DNA of 64,000 nucleotides from the human T2T-CHM13v2.0 reference genome, Homo sapiens: assembly GCF_009914755.1 (NCBI RefSeq), contig NC_060928.1. One strand, given 5' to 3'. Positions 12,392-53,407 of this stretch are shown here, one piece after another (position 1 is the first letter of the stretch; each line of letters begins with the position of its first letter). Below the pieces are notes generated by a model that worked only from the letters and a program-made list of their open reading frames with translations, searched no databases and was not told the DNA's origin. The translations under genes and the position numbers were made by a program.

Positions 12392-14984
12392 TACTATGGC
12401 TATTTCTTATATGGAATGCAGAGCAGTAAAAGTGATCCTCTGAGACTCTTCTTCCCACTTAGTTTGTTGAGTGAATGAATGAGTGAATGGAAGATGATGA
12501 GTTAAGAATCCCTTTAAATAAGATCCCTCTTCATTCCCTGAAGACTACTTTATACTTTTGCAGTACCCATGATAAGCTGTTAGACATCCCCTCCCTTACG
12601 AGCATAATCCAGTCATAAAGGCATTGTGGGCAAAGGACCTCTTCCCTATCCACCACCCTCTGACCATCACCGACTGTCACCTTTATGACAAAGGAAGCTG
12701 ATGCTGCAAATGGTCAGGAGCCAGTGTCAGGACTTTCACTAATATCAGGATGTGACACATCAAAGGTTTGGTGGCACACTCATCCAAAGGAATGGAAAAG
12801 AACCACTAGGAAAGACAAAATGCTTTCTTTCTGAACACAAAGGAGACTGAGCAAAGCCCTCCTTTGGGGGAGAAAAGGGATCATTTCATACCCAGTTGCT
12901 GTGTCCTCAGCCTATGGGGCAACAATGGTGGAGAGAAACAAGAGGATGCAGAGTGCTGAGTCCCACAGGCTGGGTTCAATCCATCAGATGCCCTATGCAC
13001 CCTGGCTCCAACGATGTGAGCCCCATCGAAAAATGACTCATATTCTGCATGACACAGTTGTCCAAAGTCATTTGGGGAAATATCCAGATGAGTTTAAACA
13101 AAATCTGAGGAAGCATTTGTGACAACTGTGAGCTTAAAAAGACATGAGGACAGTTTATCTCATATGAGAAAAAGAATGCTGAGAAATAGTTGTAACTGGA
13201 GCACACCTGGAGAATATCCCCGGGGTGGGGTAGCTTGTGTTAGAGAAGTGAACCCTGGGAAGAAAGGCACTGAGGAGCTGAGAACCCTGCCTAAGTCTAA
13301 CTCTTCCAGGAGGGTTCATCTGCAGCCTGGCAGCCAAAGTCTTCTGTGGCAGGCAGAGCTCAAACAACTCTTCCAGCCATACCTCTTTCCACACATCCCA
13401 GAGCTCTGCTGACCTGGTGCTCTTAAAGCTGCTGGAGTTGGGTTTACTGTCACTTGCAGCTGAGTCTTGCCTAATAGAAATCCAGTTCAAATGCCTTCTT
13501 TTCCATAGAACTTGGCACAGCCTCCCCTCCCTCTGACCCACCATGGCAATGATCTCCATATGCCCAATGGTTCTTACTGCATCTGTTCTGCAGTACAGTG
13601 ATGGTGACATGTTTGATTCACCTTGGGTTTCGCCATCAGTACCTAGCACCACGTTTTGAATACTGCAGGTACGTTTGTTTGTTGGATGAATTGGACAAAA
13701 TGGCCAAAATGTGAAACCATTCACCTCTTAGATTAGAAAGCGAGGGAGAAAGGAAGTGTGACTTGCTGAGATACTCACGTACATTATTTCACTTAAACAT
13801 GCAGCCATCCTGGGAGGTTTGTATTATTATTTCCATTTTACTCAGAGGGGATTGCCTCTGAGAGGTAAGATTGTTTCACCAAAGTTACTTGTTAAGATAG
13901 AGGCAATGCCTTGATTCGGACTCAGGTCTTTCTGATTCCAAAGTGGAAAGCTTTTTCCGCTTTTTCCAGCAGTCTTCCAGAAAAGAGGTTGCTTTTGTGA
14001 AAAAGAGACTGAGTTTCCCAATGTCTGGGTTGCTCCTTAGCAAATCGCTTTAAAGATTTCTGAAATTTCCCAATATAATATGGGCTACAGGACAACTCCC
14101 TCAGGCCCCCACACTCAGCAACCCCCAGGAAAGGGGACTAGACTATGGTTTACAGAGCACTAGGGATGAGAAGGCATCCAAGGGTCACCTAAATCTGCTG
14201 TCCAAGGAGAGCACAATTCAGTTCCTTCGGTTTGTGCCATCTTTCCACCTTATTCCATCTTCTCTAAAACATCTACCCAAGGAAATTCTTGGTCCTTTGA
14301 GCTCACTGGAGTGACTCCTAAAAACAGAGAAGTCTTCAGTAGCTGCCTCTGAAGCCCCAAGTCCAGCATTGGCTCAACTGACCAGAAAGGTTATTAAATG
14401 GAAGACAGAGAAAAAGCAAGCAAAATGTACGTGACCATAGAATGACAGGATGGAAAATCCTTCAGTAAATTCATTGGTGAATGCATCCAAACATCAATTC
14501 TCACTTTACAAGCAGACAAAACGAAGGCCTGAAATAGTTAGGGGATCCTTCCAATACTTCACAGTGGAGCTTCACTAGAATCCGTTTTTTTCTGAGTCCT
14601 AATCCAGAGACTTTGAATATACATTATTTTTCTATCCATGGCAGTTTTTTCTCATAGACACATCACATAAGAGATGCTTCATGCATCCCCTTTTTGGCTT
14701 CTTACCAAAGGCCTTGTAAGTATTAAGACATTAACATTTCCTTTCTTTCTTCCTTCTTTGTAGGTAGCATATTTCAAGAGTAAAAACTGATTTCCAAGTC
14801 TCACTGAGGACCTGGCCTGATTCCTTGGGTGGGACAAGGAATTTCCATCTTTTAATGGATGCATTCAGATCCTCTAAACAAGTGGATGACCTTTAATTCA
14901 TTAACTTTTTTAAATCATTAAGAAAAACATTGACATCAAAAAGAAAAAGATACAAACATGTCACTAAAAATGTACTGAAAATAT

Positions 14985-15107
14985 CTAATGTTAATAATAT
15001 GTTTAATATAAACATATTAATATGTTAATAATTAATATGTTAATAATAATATGTTTAAATATTTCATTACATTCTTAAATATTTAAATATTTCATTACAT
15101 TCTTAAA
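14985..15107. repeat. AT-rich low-complexity tract with palindromes and a 28-bp-period duplication
   Basis: TAATATGTTTA-ATA-TAAACATATTA; AACATATTAATATGTT; tttaaatatttcattacattcttaaa twice. Confidence 0.85.
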
Positions 15108-15570
15108 ACTGGGTACCTTTTTTAAAACATCTGTAAGCTTGGCAAGCCTTAGGAGGCCACTCATTCAACCCAGGGCTGGTGAAAGTGTGGAGACTTCAGG
15201 CACGCTTCTACACTTGGTGCCTCTGGAAAGCAATTTGGCAACAGACATCAAGACTTTGTCCAACTAATTCCGCTCTCAGAATGCATCCTAAGGAAATAAT
15301 CAGAGAATTTGTCCAGCACAAAGGAAGCGATTAAACAAATGAGGACTTGGCCATACATGGGAAGTCTACATAGCCTTTGAAAACATTTTAAATTATTGAC
15401 ATGGAAAAATGCCCACTACATGTAAAGGGAATGAAGCATGTCACAAGCCAACATATATGGTAGAGTCTCACTGAGGTATACTTACATGTAGAAACCTATA
15501 TCTATTATATATTATCAGAAGGAGTTGAAGAAGTATGCACCAAATTAGATGGTGAAATTATAGGTATGCT

Positions 15571-15844
15571 GGGGTACACGTGCAGGTTTGTTATATAGGT
15601 AAACTAGTGTCACGGGCGTTTTTCTTGTACGGATTATTTCATCACCCAGGTATTAAGCCTAGTGCCCAGCAGTTATTTGTTCTGCTCCTCTCCCTCCTCC
15701 CACCCTCCACCCTTAAGTAGGTCCCAATGTCTGTTGTTCCCCTCTTTGTGTTCGTGAGTTCTCATCATTTAGCTCCCATTTATAAGTGAGAACATGTGGT
15801 ATTTGGTTTTCTGTTCCTGCATTAGTTTGCTAAGGACAGTGGCC
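15571..15844 (-). mobile_element. L1PA (old primate, PA13-16-like) 3'UTR fragment
   Basis: gtgcaggtttgttatataggtaaac...ataagtgagaacatgtggtatttggttttctgttcctg. Confidence 0.85.
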
Positions 15845-16129
15845 ACTTATTACTTACAGAATGAAACAATAAAAGCTCTAAAAATGTGTGTTAATCGCCA
15901 TTGCTTAAGCCAGGAAGCAGGCTACTCTCCCCACTGTCCCCTCCTCAGGGCAGAACAGCAGTGCTGGAAGCCCTGTGCTGGCCTACGGTGTGAAGTCCCA
16001 CTTCCCAGCCCAGGCACTGCATCTGGACTCTCGGAAAACCAGGGCCTTGGTTTCCTGGTTGGCACATGGATATCCCCATTCATACTATGCCCACCTTGCA
16101 GGGTGGAATCAGAAGTCAAGGAGAGAAAA

Positions 16130-16301
16130 GAATTATCTGTACATGGTGGCACATGCCTGTAGTCCCTGATACTTGGGAGGCTGAGGTGGGAGGATCCCTT
16201 GAGACCAGGAGTTCAAGGCTGCAGTGGAGCTATTGTTGAGCCACAGAACTCCAGCCTGGGTGACAGTGAGACCACATCTCTGAAAAACAAAAGAAAAAAA
16301 A
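16130..16301 (+). mobile_element. FRAM/AluJ monomer
   Basis: ggaggctgaggtgggaggatcccttgagaccaggagttcaaggctgcagtg followed by an A tail. Confidence 0.85.
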
Positions 16302-16629
16302 GTGCCAGGCATCACATAAATACACCTCACGCTGTCACAATTCCTTAGTGAGAAAATAGGTGATTCAACAATATAAAATATAAACAGGATAACCAGAACA
16401 ATCTATTCATAATCCAAATGCTAAAAATAACACTCAGCAAAGCCAATCTATGGAGAATTAGAATCACATGAAAGTCTGGAAAATGTGAACTGAAAGGAGG
16501 GCAGGAGGAATGGAAATTCTGTTAAGTATGCATGCTTTTGTTAGAAAATGATTTAAGAAAAAGAATTTTGCAAGAGCTCTTGTGGAAGGCTGTCCTGAGG
16601 CCTATAGGCTGCATGATGGTTACGGGCCG

Positions 16630-16830
16630 GCACTCTGGGATCAGAAGGACCAGGCTTGAAATCCTGGCCCTGTTCCTCCCTAGCTGGGTGACTTTGTTGA
16701 GAAAAGAGCCTCCCGAGCCTCAGTTTCCACATGTGTAAAATGAGGACTTTTCAGGGACATTGTGCAAATTAAATAAGGTAATGAATTAAAAGGGTCTTGT
16801 ATGATGATTTGTAGTAGATATTTAATAAGT
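16630..16830 (+). mobile_element. MIR
   Basis: gagcctcagtttccacatgtgtaaaatgagga core. Confidence 0.7.
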
Positions 16831-16840
16831 ATTGGTTTTA

Positions 16841-17187
<347 letters not shown>

Positions 17188-17493
17188 TTATTTGATAACT
17201 TCTCAGGAGTACAGGACAACAGCAGCCCTGGAATAGGGGTCAGATGCTTTGTCAGAGCTGCTTTAATGCTGAGATCCCATCATCCTAGGACCTAAGTCAT
17301 CTTCGAACTCATCTTTGAAAGAGAAATGAACAGTGCATTTATATCCATAATAATTGCAAGGGAAAGTCATCTTATTTTCTATTGTGTTTTGGATAGAATC
17401 TGAACTTCAAAAAAATTTCATCTTGTCAACTGGAAAAAACATTTCCAGTTCTCAGCACAATTCCCTCACTGGGAGAGTGGAACTGTTTCCTGC

Positions 17494-17541
17494 TGCTCGG
17501 TGGGGAGCTTACAGATGCTCGGTGGGGAGCTTACAGATGCT
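17494..17541. repeat. Perfect 22-bp tandem duplication
   Basis: TGCTCGGTGGGGAGCTTACAGA x2 followed by TGCT. Confidence 0.95.
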
Positions 17542-18849
17542 TCCCTCTTGTTTCCCCCGGGCATCATTTCAGAGAGTAGCAGAACTGGAGGCCATTCATC
17601 ACCATGATCATCCAATGAGAAACACAATTAGATAGAAGTTGACTTTGCCTACTAGGTGGTGTCAGCATTGAAGAAACAAATGGGTAAAGCTAGGTTCAGA
17701 ATCCTCTGTCCTGCGTCTGTGTTGCCAAAGGAAGTGTTAAGGTTCCTGCAAGAGGCTACTGCTGCTTTGCCCTTCTGAGGTGGAGACAGAGCCAGGCCAG
17801 GCTGGGGGTTCCTGGCCCTGCCCTGGCATGAGTCCAGGCCTGCCTGAGCCTGGTTTATATCACAGAAACAGCCCTTCGCTAGCCTCTCTGATTTTATGCT
17901 ACTTGCCCTGCAACCCGTTTTTCGGAGAGCAGAAGACAGTAATATCCTAACTCTTTATCTCGTCCTTGGACCAGTAGTAACCTAACTCCTCCGGTCCTGG
18001 GGCTTGGATGACCTGGACTTCCACTCCCATACCAATTAAAGCTGCAACCCATTCCCACCCCCATGTCCTCATTTCCCAGCCCTAATGAACTTCTTTCTGC
18101 TCCTAGGATACACTCTGTTCCCTCTCAATTCAGTAGCTTTGAACTTGAGGGCCTCTGCCACATGACATTCCCTTAGTTCAGGTCTCTGCTTGTATGTCAC
18201 CTTTAGAGGCTTTCCCTGACCATGTGGTTTCAAGAAAGCATCATGTCCCTATCACCTTACCTTGTTACCTCTGTAGCACAGGTCGCCTTCTGAAATGCCC
18301 CGTTCACATTTTTATGATGTTTTCTCTACTGGAATATAAGCTTCTAAAGAGAGGGGATGTGCCTGCCTTGCTGGCTGCACCAGCAACTCCTAGATGGGTG
18401 GAGATGCTCCGTGAAAACAGACTGAATCCCCTACAAGGTGCTTTGGTGCTGAATCACGCCACTTAGTGGATTGTATATCCTTTCTCCCTTCCCCAACTCT
18501 TGGTGATTAAAGCTTTGGTATCATGAGTGCTCTATGATTTCTGCAGGACTCGTCTGAAAGGTACTATTGCCAGAGGATGGGGTGGAGCCCTGATGCGGTA
18601 GAAGGAGCGCGGGGGTTTCAGGAAGATCTAGAAACCCCTGGTCCTAGCCTGCTCTGCCTCTGTCTAGCTGCCTGGCCTTGAGTGAGTGACAGCAATCATG
18701 GATTTTAAACAGAATGTAGTCATATGCTAGAGAACTTCTGGCCCCCAAATCGTGTTTTAGTCTCTCCAATCTTTACTTTGGAAAAAGTAGAGGTGAGTTT
18801 TTGGACCCATCACCCTGAAATCTAGATCCTAGAGGATGATGACTTTCCA

Positions 18850-19371
<522 letters not shown>

Positions 19372-21320
19372 TTAGACATGTGTGTTGCCTTCACAAACAG
19401 TTTCAGATGCATTATCTGATTTGCTCTTCACAACCCTGAGAAGTGGATATTCTCAACCCTGATTTGCAGATGAGGAGACTGAGGTTTGCTGTGTTGCACA
19501 GAGCAAGGGTCTTGACTGCAACATCACACGGCAGGCTAGCCCTCCAGAGTATCTTAGAGGGGTAAATATCCCAGAGCTCAGTACACCCTACATCCCTGAA
19601 GTCCTCGCACTCTGCTGTGAGTGGCTGCAGGCACTTCCCTCAAGGGGTTTCCTTATCTGGCTTCTCCCTTCTCCGTAAATAGCAGAAGGCAGAGAGCTTG
19701 AGAGCTCCAGTTTTCCAGTTCAGGAAGGCGGTTTAACTTTCTGCTGTGCTCCTTGCTCCTTGTGTGACCCTGAACAAGTTACTTAACCTTTCTAAGCCAC
19801 AGTTTTCTACTTATAAAATGGGGTAACAGTGTCTGCTTTAGAGAGACATAAAGGTTCAATGAGAAGAATGTAGAAAATGAGCTTAGCCCTGCTTTCACAC
19901 GAACACAAAAGCGATTACACAATAATCCTTTACAAGGACACCACCCTGACTTTTCTAAAACATTGATCTGTTCATAGCACTTCAGAGTTTACCAAGTAGT
20001 TTTTTTTTTCATTTCTCATTTGATAATTACAACAACTTAAAATTCCACTTAAGCTCCTCCACCCTTTGTCTATAGGATTAACCGTCTAAGATTCTTAGCA
20101 AGGCATTAAGAGCGCTCTTGAGATCTAGCCCCTGCCTCCATCCTCCATCTCGTTTCCCCAGGGATGGGACGGAAGCTTCCCTCCTCATCTTCCCAGCAAG
20201 ACAGCTGGCACTTAATGGGGAGTGAAGGAAACCTGCGCTGCAGCTTCCGCTGTGCTCTTTCCTCTTTTGTTCATTCGTGCCTTGCCCTTCCTCTCCCTTC
20301 TTATCCATCTAATTCCTACTTGTTTCAAGGCGGCCCAAGTGCACACCTTCTGCAATGGCCCCTATGTTTTCTTCATCCAATAAATGTTTATTGCCTGCCT
20401 GTGTGTGCCAGGAACGAGGTGCAAGGGCTACAGCAGTGAATGTGGTTGAATGTTTTGCTGCAGCCAGAGGCGTGGTTTATGGTGGTACTTATCACACAGG
20501 GCTGTAATTGCCGGGTCAGCCCCCCAGTCTTTAGTGCCTTGCTAAGAATCTTGGACTTTTCACTGTCAGATTACAGTTAAGCCCCATGGGCAGAAAGCAC
20601 AGCTCCTTCATTTCTGTGCTCTGCTCAGTGAGTGCAATTAATATCTGTGAAAGTAAGTCCAACAAGCTTTTTATGCCTTTTCCTTGTTATACATTTCACT
20701 TATCTGGTTAAACCTGACATTATGGCGATTTCTAATCTTCCCAGTATTTACATTCTTATGTTGACATATTAAAAATGGAATGAGAATGTGCTTATTGAAA
20801 ATAATTGCAGTTTCAAAATTAACCATCCACTTCGAAGATTATTCACACTGCAAGAGCTCATTCATTCTGTAGTCCCTGAGCTAATACCTCTAAAAAGAGG
20901 CCAAAGGGGCCTTCAAGACCTCCCTTGGTTTCCTTATAAGCCAAAAACAAAAAACAAACAAGAAAACCCAAGAAACAAAACATATAAATAAGCAAAACAT
21001 ATTGTATTGATACCTACCTTGTCATTAAATATCAAAAACCTCAAATACAACTTTACTACACTATGCATAACTGTGCCTTTTGCCAACTTGCTGATACATT
21101 TACTCTCTTAATAAAATTTAGAACAGCAATGCCTTGTTTGCTCAGCACTGCTAAGCAATAGTTCCTCCCTATAAGCAAACTTTTCAGATAACTCAAGGTC
21201 CCTGAGAACGCCATTTTTTTCTGAACAACTTCCCCTCAATTGTACGAACCTTAATTTGTATCAAACACAATCCTTAATTGTATGTAATGAACACAATCTA
21301 AATCATCCTAGATCTCACTT

Positions 21321-21403
21321 ACTGCATACCACACATCACAATGACCTGTAATACAGTTTATCACTGCATACCACACATCACATTGACCTGTAACGCAGTT
21401 TAT
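21321..21403. repeat. Imperfect 42-bp tandem duplication
   Basis: actgcataccacacatcaca(a/t)tgacctgtaa(ta/cg)cagtttat x2. Confidence 0.9.
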
Positions 21404-21814
21404 TGGCAATCACAGGCATGGCATCACTGACGTCAGGTATATTTTTACTGCTCTCTTGATTAACTCCTCTTGCTTCTACTTCTCCTTGCTGTTAAGCTCT
21501 ACTTACACTTTACTCTTTTACTATACACACTTTTCTGAGATAAAGGGCAAGAAATGTCTATTTGATAGAGTATATGGACAAATAGAACTTTGCCACTTAT
21601 GGGCAAGTTTAATGTTCAGTTCAAGACAGCCAAGGGTGCTGAGAGTCTGACCTCTGAAAAAGTGGGGTGGAGTAATCTTTATCTTTTTCCATATAAATAA
21701 TAAATAATGAGTATCCAGAGAGAATTTTCAGAAGAATGTGTTTTAGCAAGATAGGTCTAACTCCTTGCTCCTTTTATGTAAAGATCTCTAAATAGTCCCT
21801 CTCAGATTTCCTAA

Positions 21815-22280
21815 TGTACTAACGTGGGCTAAACTTCATGAACAGAACACAGAACCTCCAGGTTCAGTGGCTTAGAAACAATGGCATTTCAAAAGTTTCT
21901 CTCTTATGTATAGTCAAGCGGAATTTTCCAAGCTGACCAGCAACTCTGCTCCACAGCGGCATTCAGGGACCCAGGTTCCTTCTCTCTCATGGCTCTGCCA
22001 TGATGGGCACCTACTGGGACAAGGTCACTACCTTCTCTGGGTTCCACCTGTGGGAAGGGGACAGAGGAGGTGAGGGGGACTCACCCATGGTCTTAAGGGT
22101 CCTGGCCCAATAGCGGAATACACCCTTCAACTTACATCCCCTGGGAGAATGAGTCAGCTGGCTACAGGTAACAGCAAGAGGGGCTGAGAAATGCAGTCCC
22201 CAGCAAGCAGCACATGCCCAGCTACAACTCTACACAATGGAACAGGAGAATGGATTCTGCTGGACAACTAGCAGTCTTCA
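21815..22280 (-). mobile_element. Old MaLR LTR (MLT1K/L-like)
   Basis: cagtggctt...cattcagggacccagg...ggctgagaaatgcagtc...ggacaactagcagtct. Confidence 0.6.
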
Positions 22281-22389
22281 GGGAGAAAGTCTTTTCTTAT
22301 TTCTATTTTATAGAAGCACTGTAAAATTGCTATACAATTATCTTATTTCAAGCTAATCCAATAGGAAAAAAATCAGACTTACACAAACG

Positions 22390-25191
22390 TTTTAAAGAAC
22401 TATATTTTAGAGCTGAAATAAGCCTGAGAGATCATTTGGTCAGTGGACACTCTGTGACCAGCAGACATTATTTCATCGACTTGTTCCTATCAGTCTTCCA
22501 CAGACGAACAGGGACTTATCTTGCTCATTGCTGATCCCACCACTTAGAACAGTTTCTGACACATAGGAAGTGATTAACAAATCTTTGTTGATAAAAAATA
22601 GTTGAAAACATGTAACAATGTAGAGATATTACATTATTTTGTAAATTTATCTCCTCCTCTGCTGAGTTACCAGGAGTGGCAGGATATATTTTGATGGCCT
22701 AATTATAGCAAGTTTCTTTCACTTTATGTAAAATGAATATAAACTCTAAATACTGGCCAAAGTCCACAAGAAAATCTGGACAAGCGTATCAGTGACACTT
22801 GGTCTTTACACTTATTCTAAAGGAAAACCTAATAAGGGTCTGGCCTATCCTGTGCCTTCATTAGATTTTTTTAAAACCAAAGCACTGTCTTGAACTTGAC
22901 TCCCAGATGTGAAAAATATTTTGTGTGACATTCAAAACACTTGTAAAATGCAAATACCTTCATTTGCTGAGAAATATTAAATGGTCTATAATCAAGGCCG
23001 AGCCTATTTTTTCCAAAGACAAAATTAAACATTTTGCCACCATTAAGACCAAAGCAATAATTCAAATTAAGATAGCTCTATCACTTGTGAATTACAAATA
23101 AATACTTATTATACAGTGGGAAATTCACTCTACCAAATACAATAGTAAATATTAAAATAAATTCAGTGACCTTTTTAAAAAAGATTACAAAACTGAATTT
23201 ATTGAGATTCACACAAGATGCACTTATAAAATTAGTACTGAATGCCATTAAAACAGAAGAAATGAACATAATCCCGAACTCCCAACAGCATCTGCAAAGG
23301 AATGGAAATCTTCTGAAAATGACAGCGCAGTAACAGAATAATTCAAGCGGAACTGAAGATCTATCCAAACCATGTTCCTGCTCTGAAATCAGGGTTGTGT
23401 TTGGCAAAGCTTTCCCCAAACTATTCCATTCACGGTGGCATTGTTCCTTTTGTTGGTAAAGGGAGACGGAAAAAATAATTCTAAAATGGGGCTCCATTAA
23501 AACACACACAAAGCAATTAAAAGCTTTTTCATTTTTAACTTAAAATACTTCCTGGTTTCACAAAGGCATGTCCATACAATTTCCTCAACATTAATCTTCA
23601 GATTTCTTTAGTTAATGCAAAACATTAAAATTCACTTACTTTTTTGTATTTCAAATGAACAAGTCAGAACATTAAAGCTTGCTTTATATTTCATCCAAGA
23701 AACAGACAAATCACCTAAAAATTGCTTTCTGCCTATGTATGTATGCCTGAAACATTTGCATGAGAGCTAAACTTCAAAATCAAAACATCAAAGGAAATAA
23801 CAGTTAACAGTACCATCTTCTGGACAGTTCTGACACCAGAAGTTGTAGAAGTTTTACAGAAATGCAAACACGGTTGTCAAGATAAAATGGGGTGGGAAAT
23901 AACTTCTATGATATAGACCACAAACTAGTAATTAAGCGGAAACACAATCTTGATCTCAAATAAAACCAAAAAGCACCTTTTGGTTGCTGTTCCCAACAGC
24001 CATACACAGATGCCTCCCCACACCAACAGCCACCCATACGCCTCAAACACCCCATTTACTTTCACACAAAATCCTCTCCAGACCCAGGCCTGCCCCATCC
24101 CCAGCACAGGCCCACCCTGATAGTCACATCCCCACAGACACCCTCCCACAGAACACACACCCTGCCCCAGCACAGGCACACTCGCTGTCGACCCAAACAC
24201 AAAGACTAATGCATTTGGTAAGCCCAAGCAAGATGATGCTGTCTAACACACTTGGAGCATTTACTTTACAGTTAAAGTTGACAGTTTTGAATTTTGTACA
24301 TTGACAATTTTTCAGCCTGTTCAACATCGAATCCTTTTAGCTGTAATAATTTATGAAGTAATTAGTTTTAAAGCAAAATCAGTTAAGTATACCTTAAAGT
24401 TAACACTGCTCTGCTTCCTTGGTGTAAAAAGTGCCCTTTTGTAAGGAAATTTATGTTTTATCCACCAATTAAATGACATACAGCTCACACTTTGCTTTAA
24501 AGAGTAAACTGAAAAATTATGAAGGATTTTTCCCAGTAATGCATAGCCTTCATTAATTATTTTTTTAATAAATAAACTAGTTTAGCATTTTTTTTTTAAC
24601 CCTACAAAATGCTACTATTCATCATGTCTTATTTAAGGTAGCCTTTTATTCTGATTAATTAAGATACATCTTTAAGGGTTATTCTGGTGGTAAGAACATT
24701 TATCTTGACTTATGTTTAATTTTTTTAATGCTTTGGCAGATGAAGTAACGTTTGAAAACTGTTTGTGAAAATAGTATGAGACTGGAAAGATTACGTCGTG
24801 GTAAAAGTTTCACAGTTTTCCAGGTATTTCCTTATACTGAAGAGGCCTTGAGGCAAATTCAACATTCTGGAAGCCCAGACTGACAAAGCAAAACAGATTT
24901 TGATGTTGCCTTTGTTGGGTCCTGGAAATGATGCTGCTGCTTGGCCAGGCAGGAGGAAGTTTTATAATCCATCAAGCTTCCCAGACAGTCAAGGCCGGAG
25001 GTCGCTCCTGTCCTGTGGTCTGACCCTCAGCCAGGCCATATTACTGGAAGAAAGATACTAAGATTTGCTTGCCAATAATAATTTAAGTTTTTAAATAAAT
25101 ATTTAAGTGCCATGTTTAGCATCTATTTGTCCTGGCAACACAGCACTTGTTGCCCCAGGACCCAGCTTCTTCAGCGCATGAAGCCACAGAT
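22390..25191 (-). other. TAPT1: TAPT1 3'UTR (distal end approximate)
   Basis: AT-rich, largely repeat-poor sequence after the stop. Minus-strand poly(A) signal candidates: AATAAA at 24645-24650 and 23198-23203, and AATATA at 22401-22406 followed by a GU/U-rich tract. Confidence 0.65.

Positions 25192-53407
<28,216 letters not shown>

Noticed and set aside
13155-13724. Longest ORF in the track (189 aa, minus strand)
   Set aside because: Non-ATG start, no recognisable domain, overlaps L2-like decayed sequence and has no convincing exon context; consistent with chance
23081-23509. 142-aa ORF in the TAPT1 3'UTR
   Set aside because: Non-ATG start, composition typical of U-rich UTR, no recognisable homology
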